Positions 10,762-21,114 of a stretch of 44,057 nucleotides of DNA are shown in pieces. Origin of the DNA: Eubacteriales Family XIII. Incertae Sedis bacterium (GTDB lineage Bacteria > Bacillota > Clostridia > Peptostreptococcales > Anaerovoracaceae); NCBI GenBank assembly GCA_031290775.1, contig JAITMX010000114.1:1-44057 (forward strand). Reading direction: 5' to 3'. The translations under genes and the position numbers were made by a program. The stretch's first letter is position 1. Every line of letters begins with the position of its first letter. The notes under the pieces were generated by a model that was not told the origin of the DNA, made no database searches, and worked only from the letters and a program-made list of their open reading frames with translations.

Positions 10762-11622
10762 ATGACATTTACGCACATTGATTGTTTCAGTGGCCCAGGG
10801 GGTATATGCACAGGTTATGACGACCGCCAATTTCTTTTCCGCGAAGGCATTCGGATCGCGCAATTGTCGAAAGCGAAGCTGTTGTTATTCGAAAACGTCC
10901 CTGCCATTGCGTCAAAAAAAGTTTCGAGGCAATCGTCACAATTGATTGTTGAAGTGCTGAAAGCAGAATTGAAACAGATCGGCTATGGCAATTTCATCGA
11001 AGTCGTCATGAATGCGGCTCACTATGGCGTCCCGCAACGGCGCAATAGGTTTTTTATACTGGCATGCAGATATTCGGACTGGGCCTTGTCTTTCCCAATA
11101 CCGACTCGCGAAAAGGCGGCGCCGGTTTCCGAGGCGCTTGCAGGATTGCCGAATGTTTTTCCAAACAGCGGAAAAGAGATGACTGCATATGAAAACACGG
11201 AATCTGCCTATGCCGGCCTCATGCGTGATGATACATTTTGGAAACGCGGGGATGGCATCTGCAGGAACGCAACCTACCAAATGCCGATGAAGCATCGAGC
11301 CTGCACACTGGAACGGTTTGCACTCCTAAATCCCGGAGAAAGCCTCAAGGAAAAGAATACTGCACGGAACGGTATACGCATACTTGCAAATTTGAAAAGG
11401 ATCGGCTTTTTGAAAAAATGGGCGCAGCCTGCAAATCTCGCGCAATCAGCGACAGCAAGATTAAAGAAATCGAAAAGGCTGCCCAAAAAGAGGCAATCAA
11501 GGCTACGGATAGATCTCGACTTCAAGACTTTCAAAGCGCACGCTGTAAAAGCGGCCGATTATTGGCTGGCGCAAAGGCAATGGTTTAATTCGGAATGGTC
11601 AGCAGAGGTGATGGGTACATGA
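10762..11622 (+). pseudogene. Internally deleted C5-cytosine DNA methyltransferase
   Basis: Motif I (DCFSGPGG) is joined almost directly to the region before motif VI (FENV); motif VIII (QRRNRFF) is present. Catalytic PC motif IV and motifs IX-X are absent. Low GC. Confidence 0.8.
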
Positions 11623-12932
11623 ATAAGAATTTTGAAATCAAGGACATCGCGCTGGCGGCATCGGGCGAGCGCAAGATCGCGTGGGTCAGGGAGCATATGC
11701 CGCTGCTGCGCGCGCTCGAGGAAAAATACGCGGATCTGCCGCAGGGCCGGAGGCCTTTGGACGGCGTTCGGCTCAGCTTGTCGATCCATATGGAAGCCAA
11801 GACGGCCTATCTCTGCCGCGTGCTGGCGTGGGCGGGCGCGGCGGTTTCCGCGATGGGCTGCAACGTGCTTTCGACGCAGGACGACGTCGCGGCGGCGCTT
11901 GCGAAAGGCAGGACGGCGGCGCAGGGCAAAAGGGACCACGGCGGGCGGGCAATCTCGGGCATCTCGGTCTTTGCGGTACACGGCGAGAGCCAAAAAAGTT
12001 ACGCGAAACACGTCGAGATGTGCCTCGCGCAAAAGCCCAATATCGTGATCGACGACGGCGGCGACCTTGTGGGGATGCTGCACACAAAGCGCCGCGATCT
12101 CGCGGCGGAGGTTTGGGGCGGCGGCGAGGAAACGACGACGGGCGTCATCCGGCTCAAAGCGCTCGAGAGCGAGGGCAAGTTGATGTTCCCGATGCTCGCG
12201 GTCAACGACGCGCGGTGCAAACACCTCTTTGACAACCGTTATGGGACGGGCCAGTCCGTCTGGGACAGCATTTTGCGCAACACCAATCTCATCATCGCGT
12301 CAAAGGCCGTCGTGGTCGCCGGCTACGGCTGGTGCGGGCGCGGCATCGCGATGCGCGCGGCGGCGCTCGGCGCATCCGTCATCGTTACGGAGATCGACCC
12401 CGTGAAAGCGATGGAGGCGCGCATGGACGGATACGCGGTCATGAAGATGTCCGGCGCGGCGCCCCTCGGCGATATTTTCATCACGGCGACGGGCTGCAAG
12501 GACGTCATCACGCTGGAGCATATGGCGCTGATGAAGGATGGCGCCATCCTCGGCAACGCGGGCCATTTCAACGTCGAAGTCGATGTGACGGCGCTTGCCG
12601 AAAAGGCGGAGGCGCGCTATGGGGCGCGCGCCAATATCGAGACATTCGCGCTGCCGGGCGGCAAGCGCGTGAACATCATCGCGGAAGGCCGGCTGCTCAA
12701 CATCGCGGCGGCGGACGGGCATCCCGCGGAAATTATGGACATCAGTTTTGCCGTGCAGTTTTACGCGGCGCTGTATGTGGCAAAAAACCACGCCTCGCTT
12801 GAACGCCGCGTCTACGATGTTTCGGATGAAATCGACGAAATCGTTTCGCGCGCGCGGCTCGCGGCTTGGGGCGTGTCCATCGACAAGCTGACGCCGGAGC
12901 AGGAGCGCTATCTGCGGAGCTGGGAAGTGTGA
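11619..12932 (+). CDS. ahcY: Adenosylhomocysteinase (SAH hydrolase)
   Basis: HMEAKT, STQDDVAAAL, IDDGGD, EETTTG, KHLFDNRYGTGQS, GYGWCGRG and GHP motifs. ATG 11619 follows GAGGTG. Confidence 0.97.
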   Translation: MNKNFEIKDIALAASGERKIAWVREHMPLLRALEEKYADLPQGRRPLDGVRLSLSIHMEAKTAYLCRVLAWAGAAVSAMGCNVLSTQDDVAAALAKGRTAAQGKRDHGGRAISGISVFAVHGESQKSYAKHVEMCLAQKPNIVIDDGGDLVGMLHTKRRDLAAEVWGGGEETTTGVIRLKALESEGKLMFPMLAVNDARCKHLFDNRYGTGQSVWDSILRNTNLIIASKAVVVAGYGWCGRGIAMRAAALGASVIVTEIDPVKAMEARMDGYAVMKMSGAAPLGDIFITATGCKDVITLEHMALMKDGAILGNAGHFNVEVDVTALAEKAEARYGARANIETFALPGGKRVNIIAEGRLLNIAAADGHPAEIMDISFAVQFYAALYVAKNHASLERRVYDVSDEIDEIVSRARLAAWGVSIDKLTPEQERYLRSWEV

Positions 12933-13079
12933 GCTTGGGCGCGGGCAGTGTGAGCGGGCAAAGCGAATGGGCAAAGCGAGTGGGCAGTGTGAGCGGGCAA
13001 AGCGAATGGGCAAAGCGAGCGGGCAGTGTGAGCGGGCAAAGCGAGTGGGCAAAGCGAGTGGGAAGTGTGAGCGGGAAGT
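12921..13079 (+). repeat. Tandem repeat: three 39-bp units built from 13-bp subunits, bounded by a 14-bp direct repeat
   Basis: GGGCAGTGTGAGC-GGGCAAAGCGAAT-GGGCAAAGCGAGT at 12943, 12982 and 13021. TGGGAAGTGTGAGC at 12921 and 13059. Confidence 0.93.
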
Positions 13080-14209
13080 CATTTGAAAACAAGGTGATCG
13101 GCTTTCGCAGGGCGCTGCACCGCGTCCCGGAGCTCGATTTTGAATTGCCGAGGACGCGGGCATTTTTGCTTTCCGTTTTGGAACCGCTTGGCTGCGAAAT
13201 CCGCGATTTGGGGAAGGCGGGGTTTACGGCGTATTTTGCGGCGGCGAGTGGCGGCGCGGCGGCGAAAAAGACGATCGCGTTTCGCAGCGATATGGACGCG
13301 ATCCCGATCCGCGAGCCTGCGGGCTGCGCGTTTCGCTCAGAACACGAGGGCGCGATGCACGCCTGCGGGCACGACGGCCATATGGGCATGCTGCTCGGCC
13401 TCGCGGCTTGGATCGCGGGGCATCCGGGCGAGGCGGGGGCAAACGCCCTGCTCGTCTTTCAGGCGGCCGAGGAGACGACGGGCGGCGCAAAGCTCATCTG
13501 CGACACGGGCGTCCTGCGGGACTATGGCGTCTCGCGGATTTATGGCATCCATCTTTGGCCGGGCTATCCGGAAAACACGGTGGTCTGCAGGCCGGGGGCA
13601 TTTATGGCGGGCACTTTCGTCATCAACGTGATTGCCGAAGGGCGCGCGGCGCATATCGCGGAGTATCAAAAGGGCGCGGACGCGCTCGAGGCCGGCTGCC
13701 TGTTTGTCCTGCGGGCGTACGAGCTCGAAAAGGCGCTGCCTGCGTCCGTGTTTCGCCTCATCCGTTTCGGCGAGTTTCAGAGCGGCAGCGCGAGCAACAT
13801 CGTTGCAGACCGCGCGCGCATTACAGGCGCGATACGGGCTTACGACGACGAGACTTTTGATTATTTCAAAACAGGCCTTGAAAAAATCATGCGGGGCATC
13901 GAAACCGAGACCGGCGTGAAACTGCGTTATGAAAAATCCGAAGGCTATCCGGCTGTTGTCAATCCGCCGGCGCTGTATGAGGAGACGCGGAAGACGCTGG
14001 CGGGCGCGGGCTTTTCGTGGTTTGAGCTGAAATCGCCCATCTTGCAGGCGGAGGATTTTTCCTACTATCAGCGCGAGGCCCCGGGGCTTTTCATGCATCT
14101 GGGCACGGGCGAAGGCGCGCGGCTGCACAGCCCGGAGTACACGCTCGACGAAAGCGTGCTGATGACGGGGGTGGGGCTCATGCGGGCGCTGCTGATAGGC
14201 GGCAAATGA
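12929..14209 (+). CDS. M20-family amidohydrolase (N-acetyldiaminopimelate deacetylase/hippuricase-like)
   Basis: RRALHRVPEL, FRSDMDA, MHACGHDGH, FQAAEE, AEDFSYY and LHSP. Start is either GTG 12929 (overlaps the ahcY stop) or GTG 13067 (after the repeat). Confidence 0.9.
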   Translation: MSLGAGSVSGQSEWAKRVGSVSGQSEWAKRAGSVSGQSEWAKRVGSVSGKSFENKVIGFRRALHRVPELDFELPRTRAFLLSVLEPLGCEIRDLGKAGFTAYFAAASGGAAAKKTIAFRSDMDAIPIREPAGCAFRSEHEGAMHACGHDGHMGMLLGLAAWIAGHPGEAGANALLVFQAAEETTGGAKLICDTGVLRDYGVSRIYGIHLWPGYPENTVVCRPGAFMAGTFVINVIAEGRAAHIAEYQKGADALEAGCLFVLRAYELEKALPASVFRLIRFGEFQSGSASNIVADRARITGAIRAYDDETFDYFKTGLEKIMRGIETETGVKLRYEKSEGYPAVVNPPALYEETRKTLAGAGFSWFELKSPILQAEDFSYYQREAPGLFMHLGTGEGARLHSPEYTLDESVLMTGVGLMRALLIGGK

Positions 14210-14266
14210 CGCGGATCTGTGTGCGATGTGGGCAGAAGCCTTGAAACACACTCGACTGCGCCCGTG

Positions 14267-14275
14267 TGTTATAAT
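14267..14275 (+). promoter_or_regulatory. Extended -10 promoter element for the R-M cassette
   Basis: TGTTATAAT about 17 nt upstream of ATG 14292. Confidence 0.5.
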
Positions 14276-14291
14276 TTCACCGGAAGGCGAG

Positions 14292-15380
14292 ATGAGAATG
14301 AGAATGAAAACGAGACGAGTAATTGAATTGTTTGCCGGTGGCGGTGGATTGGCTTTGGGTCTTGAGATGGCCGGATTTGAAGCCCTTGGCTTGATTGAAT
14401 ACGATAAGGATGCCGCAAGCACGCTAAAAAGAAATCGGCCGCGTTGGAATGTCATAAACGATGATATCGCAAATATCTCCTGCCTTGACCTTGAAGCGTA
14501 TTTTCAAATCGAAAAAGGCGACTTGGATTTGCTGTCAGGCGGCGCTCCTTGCCAGTCTTTCAGCTACGCAGGAAAAAGGCTCGGGCTTGAAGACGCACGG
14601 GGAACGCTATTTTACCATTATGCGCTTTTTCTTGAAAAACTTCAGCCAAAAATGTTTCTCTTTGAAAATGTCCGCGGCTTGTTGACGCATGACGAAGGAC
14701 GTACATACGAAACAATACGAGCTATTTTCGAGGAAAAAGGCTATGCGATACAATACAAAATCCTGAATGCTTGGGACTATGGGGTAGCGCAAAAAAGGGA
14801 ACGGCTGATAACGATTGGCGTCCGAAACGACCTTGCCCCCGAAATTCGGTTTGTATTTCCGGCGCCTCATGCGTACAAACCCGTACTCCGGGATGTTTTG
14901 AGGGATGTGCCGCAGAGCGCCGGGGCAGAATACAGCGCCAAGAAACGCGGCATTTTTGAACTCGTACCGCCGGGAGGTTATTGGAGGGATATTTCGCCGG
15001 ATATTGCCAAGGCTTATATGAAAAGCTGTTGGGAAATGGGCGGCGGCAGAACCGGCATCCTTCGCAGGATGAGCCTTGACGAACCGTCTTTGGCTGTACT
15101 GACTTCTCCGAGCCAAAAACAGACAGACCGTTGCCATCCGATTGAACCGCGGCCGTTTTCCGTGAGAGAAAATGCCCGTTGCCAGAGCTTCCCTGACGAC
15201 TGGATATTTTGCGGCTCCGCCTCGCAACAATACAAACAAGTCGGGAATGCTGTCCCCGTGGAGCTTGCATACTGCGTCGCAATAGAGATGTACAAATCAT
15301 TGGAGGGTAAAAATGTATCTGAACTTCATTACGGACGACGAGCTGATACAGCATCTTGCAGAGACAATCAAGCAATATGA
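14292..15380 (+). CDS. C5-cytosine DNA methyltransferase, Sau96I/Eco47II-like (probably GGNCC)
   Basis: ELFAGGGG, GGAPCQSFS, FENVRG, QKRERL, ENARCQSFPD and YKQVGNAVP. The target-recognition region GGRTGILRRMS..TSPSQKQTDRCHP is typical of GGNCC/GGWCC enzymes. Confidence 0.93.
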   Translation: MRMRMKTRRVIELFAGGGGLALGLEMAGFEALGLIEYDKDAASTLKRNRPRWNVINDDIANISCLDLEAYFQIEKGDLDLLSGGAPCQSFSYAGKRLGLEDARGTLFYHYALFLEKLQPKMFLFENVRGLLTHDEGRTYETIRAIFEEKGYAIQYKILNAWDYGVAQKRERLITIGVRNDLAPEIRFVFPAPHAYKPVLRDVLRDVPQSAGAEYSAKKRGIFELVPPGGYWRDISPDIAKAYMKSCWEMGGGRTGILRRMSLDEPSLAVLTSPSQKQTDRCHPIEPRPFSVRENARCQSFPDDWIFCGSASQQYKQVGNAVPVELAYCVAIEMYKSLEGKNVSELHYGRRADTASCRDNQAI

Positions 15381-16098
15381 TAACAATCTTGAACCGTATG
15401 ACTTAAAAAAGTTCAACGAAAATATTATCGATCCGATTAAAATAATTTTTGATAAATCCGTTTATCGCCTATCATGGATTGATATTGTAAACAATGAGAT
15501 TTTCAGGCAACGTGACAAATCCGCGAACAATGATATCGGATATTTTCACCAACGCATTTTTGCCTACATCAACAACTGCGAAGTCCCGGATGAAGGATGG
15601 GATATTGTTTTTCGTGATAGTGGCGGCATCACCTTGCCGACAGGCGATGTTGTGCATACGGTTTATGTAGAGATGAAAAACAAGCACAACACGATGAACT
15701 CCGCGTCGAGCGGCAAGACGTATATTAAAATGCAAAATCAGCTCCTTCAGGATGACGATTGCGCATGCTTTCTTGTGGAGGCTATCGCCAAGCAATCGCA
15801 GAACATCACATGGATGACAACCGTTGACAAAAGCAAAGTGTCACATAAGAAAATCCGCAGGGTCAGTTTGGATAAATTCTATGAACTTGTGACGGGTGAT
15901 GCCGAAGCCTTTTACAAATTGTGCATTGTATTGCCGGATGCCATTGACAGGATTCTGCAAAAAAATTCAGCCATATCCATTCCAAACGATACAGCATTGC
16001 TTGAGTTGCAGGAGATTGCAGAAGAATATAACGGTTCGTTTGAAATGGCGTTTTTCTTGCTTGGGTTTGGGACATATAATGGCTTCCATGGAAAATAA
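15313..16098 (+). CDS. Eco47II-family type II restriction endonuclease
   Basis: IDPIK, RQRDKS.NNDIGYFHQ, GWD and EMKNKHNTMNS motifs. GGAGG RBS; low GC; adjacent to the MTase. Confidence 0.87.
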   Translation: MYLNFITDDELIQHLAETIKQYDNNLEPYDLKKFNENIIDPIKIIFDKSVYRLSWIDIVNNEIFRQRDKSANNDIGYFHQRIFAYINNCEVPDEGWDIVFRDSGGITLPTGDVVHTVYVEMKNKHNTMNSASSGKTYIKMQNQLLQDDDCACFLVEAIAKQSQNITWMTTVDKSKVSHKKIRRVSLDKFYELVTGDAEAFYKLCIVLPDAIDRILQKNSAISIPNDTALLELQEIAEEYNGSFEMAFFLLGFGTYNGFHGK

Positions 16099-17869
16099 CG
16101 CGTATTTTGCGGCGATTGCCGATCTGTTTTTTCCGGAGATACAGGACGGGGCGGATGGGGTTGACGCTGCCGGAACGGCCGGCATGGCCAATGCGGCGGC
16201 GGATTACGAGGCAAAATATCCCGCGCGGGCGCTGCCCGATGGGGCGATGGTCACGCGGCTCGGTCCGAGCCCGACAGGCTTCATCCATCTCGGCAACCTC
16301 TTCATGGCGACGGTCAACCAGAAGCTGGCGCGGCAGTCGGGCGGCGTTTTCCTGCTGCGCGTCGAGGACACTGACCAAAAGCGCGAGGTGGAGGGGGCCG
16401 TCGAAAGCCTCATCCGCTCGCTCGCGTATTTCGGGATCGGTTTTGACGAGGGCGTGGCGCTTGGCGCGGACGGCGGCGGGGCGGCGGGCGGCGGTGCTGG
16501 CGCTGCGTCCGCGAAAACAGCGGAGCGCGGCGCCTACGGCCCGTATTTCCAATCCGAAAGGCGCGCGATCTACCGGGCTTTCGCGCACAGGCTCGTGCGG
16601 GAGGGGAAAGCCTATCCCTGCTTCCTGACGGAAGACGAGATCGCCGCCATCCGCGCGGGGCAGGAAGCGTCCAAACTTTTGACGGGCGTCTACGGGCCTT
16701 ATGCCGCGTGGCGCGGCGCGGATCTCGAGGCCATCGCCTCAAAGCTCGCGGCGGGCGAGCCCTATGTAATCCGGCTGAACGCGGGCTTTGAGGATTCGGG
16801 CGAAGGCGGAACCGGCGGCGCGGCAGACGAAACGATCACCGTCACAGACGGCATCCGCGGTGATATCACCTTGCCCAAAAATATCATGGACGTCGTCATC
16901 CTGAAAAAAGACGGGCTGCCGACCTACCATTTTGCGCACGCCATCGACGACCACCTCATGCACACGACGCACGTCATCCGCGGCGAGGAATGGCTGCCGT
17001 CGCTGCCCGTTCACATCGCGCTGTTCCGCGCGCTCGGTTTTGCGCCGCCCATCTACTGCCACACGGCGCTGCTCATGAAGATGGACGGCGGCGTCAAGCG
17101 CAAACTTTCCAAGCGCACAGACCCCGAGCTCGCGCTGTCTTACTATATCGCGGACGGCTACCATCCGCTCGCCGTGCGGGAATACCTGCTGACCATCATC
17201 AATTCCAATTACGAGGAATGGCGCCTGTCAAACCCAGAGCTTGACAGCGCAAATTTCCTCATGACAACGGAAAAGATGGGTGCGTCCGGCATCCTGTTTG
17301 ACCTTGACAAACTGCAAAACGTTTCGCGCGACACGCTCGCGCGTCTGCCGGCGGCGGAGCTCGCGGACTTTTTGATTTGCTGGGCCGCGCGCGAAAAGCC
17401 GGACGCGCTTCCCGTGCTCAGGGAAAACCGCGCCACGCTGGAAGCGGCGCTCGACATCGGCAGGGCCGGCGAAAAGCCGCGCAAAGACCTCGCCTACGCC
17501 GCGCAGATATTCGGCTTCATTTCATATTTCTTTGATGGGTACTTCCGGATGGAAGACCCGCTGCCGGAAAACGTGTCGCCGGAGGACGCGCGCGCGCTGC
17601 TCGCCGCCTACCTCGCGGGCTACTGCCACACGGACGGCCGCGAGCTTTGGTTTGAAAAAATCCGAGGGCTCGCCGCAGCCCACGGTTACGCGCCGCGCCC
17701 AAAAGACTTCAAGAACAGCCCGGATATGTACAAGGGCCACGTCGGCGACGTCAGCACGGTGATACGGCGCGCGCTCACGGGGCGGCAAAACTCGCCGGAC
17801 ATTTACGAGATACAGCAGATTCTCGGGGAAGAACGCGTCCGGACCCGCATCGAGCGCTTATTATTGTGA
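16088..17869 (+). CDS. gltX: Glutamate--tRNA ligase
   Basis: RLGPSPTGFIHLGN (HIGH), LRVEDTD, LPTYHFAH, HVIRGEEW and KLSKR (KMSKS). Start ATG 16088 overlaps the end of the REase. Confidence 0.96.
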   Translation: MENNAYFAAIADLFFPEIQDGADGVDAAGTAGMANAAADYEAKYPARALPDGAMVTRLGPSPTGFIHLGNLFMATVNQKLARQSGGVFLLRVEDTDQKREVEGAVESLIRSLAYFGIGFDEGVALGADGGGAAGGGAGAASAKTAERGAYGPYFQSERRAIYRAFAHRLVREGKAYPCFLTEDEIAAIRAGQEASKLLTGVYGPYAAWRGADLEAIASKLAAGEPYVIRLNAGFEDSGEGGTGGAADETITVTDGIRGDITLPKNIMDVVILKKDGLPTYHFAHAIDDHLMHTTHVIRGEEWLPSLPVHIALFRALGFAPPIYCHTALLMKMDGGVKRKLSKRTDPELALSYYIADGYHPLAVREYLLTIINSNYEEWRLSNPELDSANFLMTTEKMGASGILFDLDKLQNVSRDTLARLPAAELADFLICWAAREKPDALPVLRENRATLEAALDIGRAGEKPRKDLAYAAQIFGFISYFFDGYFRMEDPLPENVSPEDARALLAAYLAGYCHTDGRELWFEKIRGLAAAHGYAPRPKDFKNSPDMYKGHVGDVSTVIRRALTGRQNSPDIYEIQQILGEERVRTRIERLLL

Positions 17870-17871
17870 CA

Positions 17872-18305
17872 TCATAAATCGGATGCGCCCGGCGAGGCTC
17901 CTGCATTCCGGGTGGCCGCTTCTATCATATGCTTGGCGAGCACAGACGCCGTCACTGCGACGACGCCGCCGGGCACGGGCGAGAGCACGCCTTTGCCCGC
18001 CCAACGTCTTCTTTTCGGACATCACCGCACAAATTGCCGGATTCGTCAACATTGATACCGACATCAAGAACGACCCCTTCGGGGTTGAGGCTGTTTGCGC
18101 CTAAAAGCCCCGCCTTGCAGGCATCGGCTATCAGGATGTCCGCGCTGCGGCACTCGTCCGCAAGTCCGGGCGTCTTTGAGTGGCAAATCGTCACCGTCGC
18201 GTTTTGCGCAAGCAGCATCATAGCGACCGGTTTGCCAATCACAAGGCTGCGGCCGACCACGACCGCCTTTTTTCCTTCAAAACCTCCGACATCTTTCTCC
18301 TTCAC
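17872..18305 (-). pseudogene. folD: folD remnant (C-terminal half only, frameshifted)
   Basis: GKKAVVVGRSLVIGKP, ATVTICHSKT and DVGIN..GDV in one frame. The conserved PVPGGV..VTASVLAKH continues in a different frame to a stop at 17872. The N-terminal domain is absent. Confidence 0.85.
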
Positions 18306-18931
18306 ATCCTGCCGCGGACCGCTTCATATATCTCGTCCGCTTTCCCGCCGTATTCCGCAACCATTGCGCTCGCCTTCGCGTTCAATGCCTCCGCATACGA
18401 TTTGTCCATCATCAGCTTCGTGTTGATGAACACATTCAGGCTTGCGCCAATCAGCGCAGCTTTGCAAAAGACAGCCCCAGCGCCGGCATCGCTGACCGCC
18501 AGTTTGCTTCCTTTTTCCGCAAACTCGCCAATCAGGACGATCGCTTCGCAACAGGCTTCCATGATTGCAAGAGGCACATCGCAGGCCGCTTTCAAAGCGA
18601 TCTCCAGTGTTTCGGCTTTCACCCGCTTCTCCGCGTCCGTCCCCGTCGGCAGGCCGTAAGCCCTCGCGAGCGGCGCGAAAGCCAGCGCGTCCTCAGCGAC
18701 AAGCTCTTGCAGCCGCAGCCGCAGCCGATCCGCATACTGCAGCAAGGCTTCGATCTCGCCCTGTACTTCTTTGTACTTCGCCTTCCCCCCCGTCAAACGG
18801 CCGGCCATGGAGCCAAGCGCAATGCCAAGCGCGCCAACATAGGCCGAAGCCCCTCCGCCTCCGGGCGCCGGCGCGTTCGATGCGAGAATTTCCGCAAATT
18901 CCGCGCAGGCGAGCTGCATCAAGCCATCCAT
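18302..18931 (-). CDS. fchA: Methenyl-THF cyclohydrolase / formiminotransferase-cyclodeaminase C-terminal family
   Basis: LASNAPAPGGGGASA, D..AF and SDAG..A..NVFIN motifs. TGATG-coupled to fhs. Confidence 0.88.
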   Translation of the reverse strand: MDGLMQLACAEFAEILASNAPAPGGGGASAYVGALGIALGSMAGRLTGGKAKYKEVQGEIEALLQYADRLRLRLQELVAEDALAFAPLARAYGLPTGTDAEKRVKAETLEIALKAACDVPLAIMEACCEAIVLIGEFAEKGSKLAVSDAGAGAVFCKAALIGASLNVFINTKLMMDKSYAEALNAKASAMVAEYGGKADEIYEAVRGRM

Positions 18932-20607
18932 CAAAACAACCCCGAAATCTTCCCGGAATCATCCACATCAATGCTCTCCGCGATTGGGATTTTCGGCAAG
19001 CCCGGCATTGTCATGATGTCGCCGGTCAGCGCCACAATGAATCCCGCGCCCGCAGCGACTTTGAGGCTTCGGACCACAACATCGAAATCCTTGGGCGCGC
19101 TGAGCAAAGCCGCATTGTCGGAAAAGCTGTACTGCGTCTTCGCCATGCAAATCAGATAGTCCCCAAACCCCTGTGCTTTCAGCTGCTCCGCCTGCTTTTT
19201 TGCTTCCGCCGTCAACACTGCGCCATTTCCGCGATAAACCTTGCGGACGATGCTATTCAATTTGTCTTCGATGGAATCCCCAGGCGCGTAAGGATGCCGC
19301 ATGCCGGCCGTTTCCCCGCAAAGCCTCACGACCTCATTGGCGAGCGCCACGCCGCCCTCTCCGCCCTTGCCCCAGACTTCGGAGAGCGCCACATTGGCTC
19401 CGAGCGATTTGCATTTGCCCTCAATCAGTTTAAGCTCAGCCTCCGTATCGGCCGGAAAGCGGTTGATCGCGACGACAGCGGGCAATCCGAATACTTTTGT
19501 GATGTTTTCCACATGCTGCAGGAGATTGGGCAAGCCGTTTTCCAACGCCACGACATTTTCTGTGCCCAGATCCGCTTTCGCCACGCCGCCGTGATGCTTG
19601 AGCGCGCGGACCGTCGCGACGATGACGACGGCGTCCGGGTTCAAATCCGCGACCCTGCACTTGATGTCAAGAAACTTTTCCGCGCCAAGATCAGCGCCGA
19701 ACCCGGCTTCCGTCACGGCGTATTCGCCGAGCTTCAGCGCCATGCGCGTCGCGATCACGGAGTTGCACCCGTGCGCGATGTTCGCGAACGGCCCGCCGTG
19801 GATGAATGCGGGCGTGCCTTCAAGCGTCTGCACGAGGTTGGGCTTGAGCGCGTCTTTCAAAAGCGCCGCCATCGCGCCCTGCGCATTCAGGCCATTCGCC
19901 GTGACGGGATTCCCTTCGGCATTGTACGCGACAATGATGCGCCCGAGCCGTTCTTTCATATCCCTGATGTTTTTTGAGAGGCAGAGCACCGCCATGACTT
20001 CGCTCGCCACCGTGATGTCAAACCCGTCCTCGCGCGGCGTACCGTTCGTCTTGCCGCCAAGCCCGTCCACGACGAACCGCAGCTGCCGGTCGTTCATATC
20101 CATGCAGCGCTTCCATGTGATGCGCCGCGTATCGATGCCGAGCGCGTTGCCCTGGTGGATGTGGTTGTCGAGCATCGCCGCAAGCAGATTGTTCGCCGCG
20201 CCGATTGCGTGGAAATCCCCCGTGAAATGCAGATTGATGTCCTCCATCGGCACGACCTGCGCGTAGCCCCCACCGGCCGCGCCGCCCTTGACGCCGAACA
20301 CCGGGCCAAGCGAGGGCTCCCGCAGCGCGATGATGCTTTTCTTGCCAATCCTCCGCAGCCCGTCCGCGAGCCCGACCGTCGTCGTCGTCTTCCCCTCTCC
20401 GGCCGGCGTCGGCGTAATCGCCGTCACGAGGATCAGCTTGCCATCCGGGCGGCCCGTATATTCGCCCAGCAGGCCATAGTCGATCTTCGCCTTGTATTTC
20501 CCATAATTTTCGATATAGCGGTCGCCTACGCCCAATCCATCCGCAATCTCCGCAATCGGCCGGATTTCTGCTTCCTGCGCAATTTCAATGTCCGATTTGA
20601 AACTCAT
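18931..20607 (-). CDS. fhs: Formate--tetrahydrofolate ligase
   Basis: [42 protein letters not shown] and TMPGLP. ATG 20607 follows GGAGGG. Confidence 0.98.
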   Translation of the reverse strand: MSFKSDIEIAQEAEIRPIAEIADGLGVGDRYIENYGKYKAKIDYGLLGEYTGRPDGKLILVTAITPTPAGEGKTTTTVGLADGLRRIGKKSIIALREPSLGPVFGVKGGAAGGGYAQVVPMEDINLHFTGDFHAIGAANNLLAAMLDNHIHQGNALGIDTRRITWKRCMDMNDRQLRFVVDGLGGKTNGTPREDGFDITVASEVMAVLCLSKNIRDMKERLGRIIVAYNAEGNPVTANGLNAQGAMAALLKDALKPNLVQTLEGTPAFIHGGPFANIAHGCNSVIATRMALKLGEYAVTEAGFGADLGAEKFLDIKCRVADLNPDAVVIVATVRALKHHGGVAKADLGTENVVALENGLPNLLQHVENITKVFGLPAVVAINRFPADTEAELKLIEGKCKSLGANVALSEVWGKGGEGGVALANEVVRLCGETAGMRHPYAPGDSIEDKLNSIVRKVYRGNGAVLTAEAKKQAEQLKAQGFGDYLICMAKTQYSFSDNAALLSAPKDFDVVVRSLKVAAGAGFIVALTGDIMTMPGLPKIPIAESIDVDDSGKISGLF

Positions 20608-20632
20608 AAGATTCCCTCCGACCCTTATTCTA

Positions 20633-21100
<468 letters not shown>

Positions 21101-21114
21101 TTTACTTGTCACCC

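Noticed and set aside
12943-13072. Possible CRISPR array
   Set aside because: Units are contiguous with no unique spacers and no cas genes; it is a tandem repeat.
15896-16087. N-terminal extensions in the ORF track for gltX, and likewise fhs, icd, thiT, fabG, tpx and the hybrid kinase
   Set aside because: They overlap neighbouring genes or regulatory RNA; downstream starts match the family N-termini and mostly have a clear RBS.
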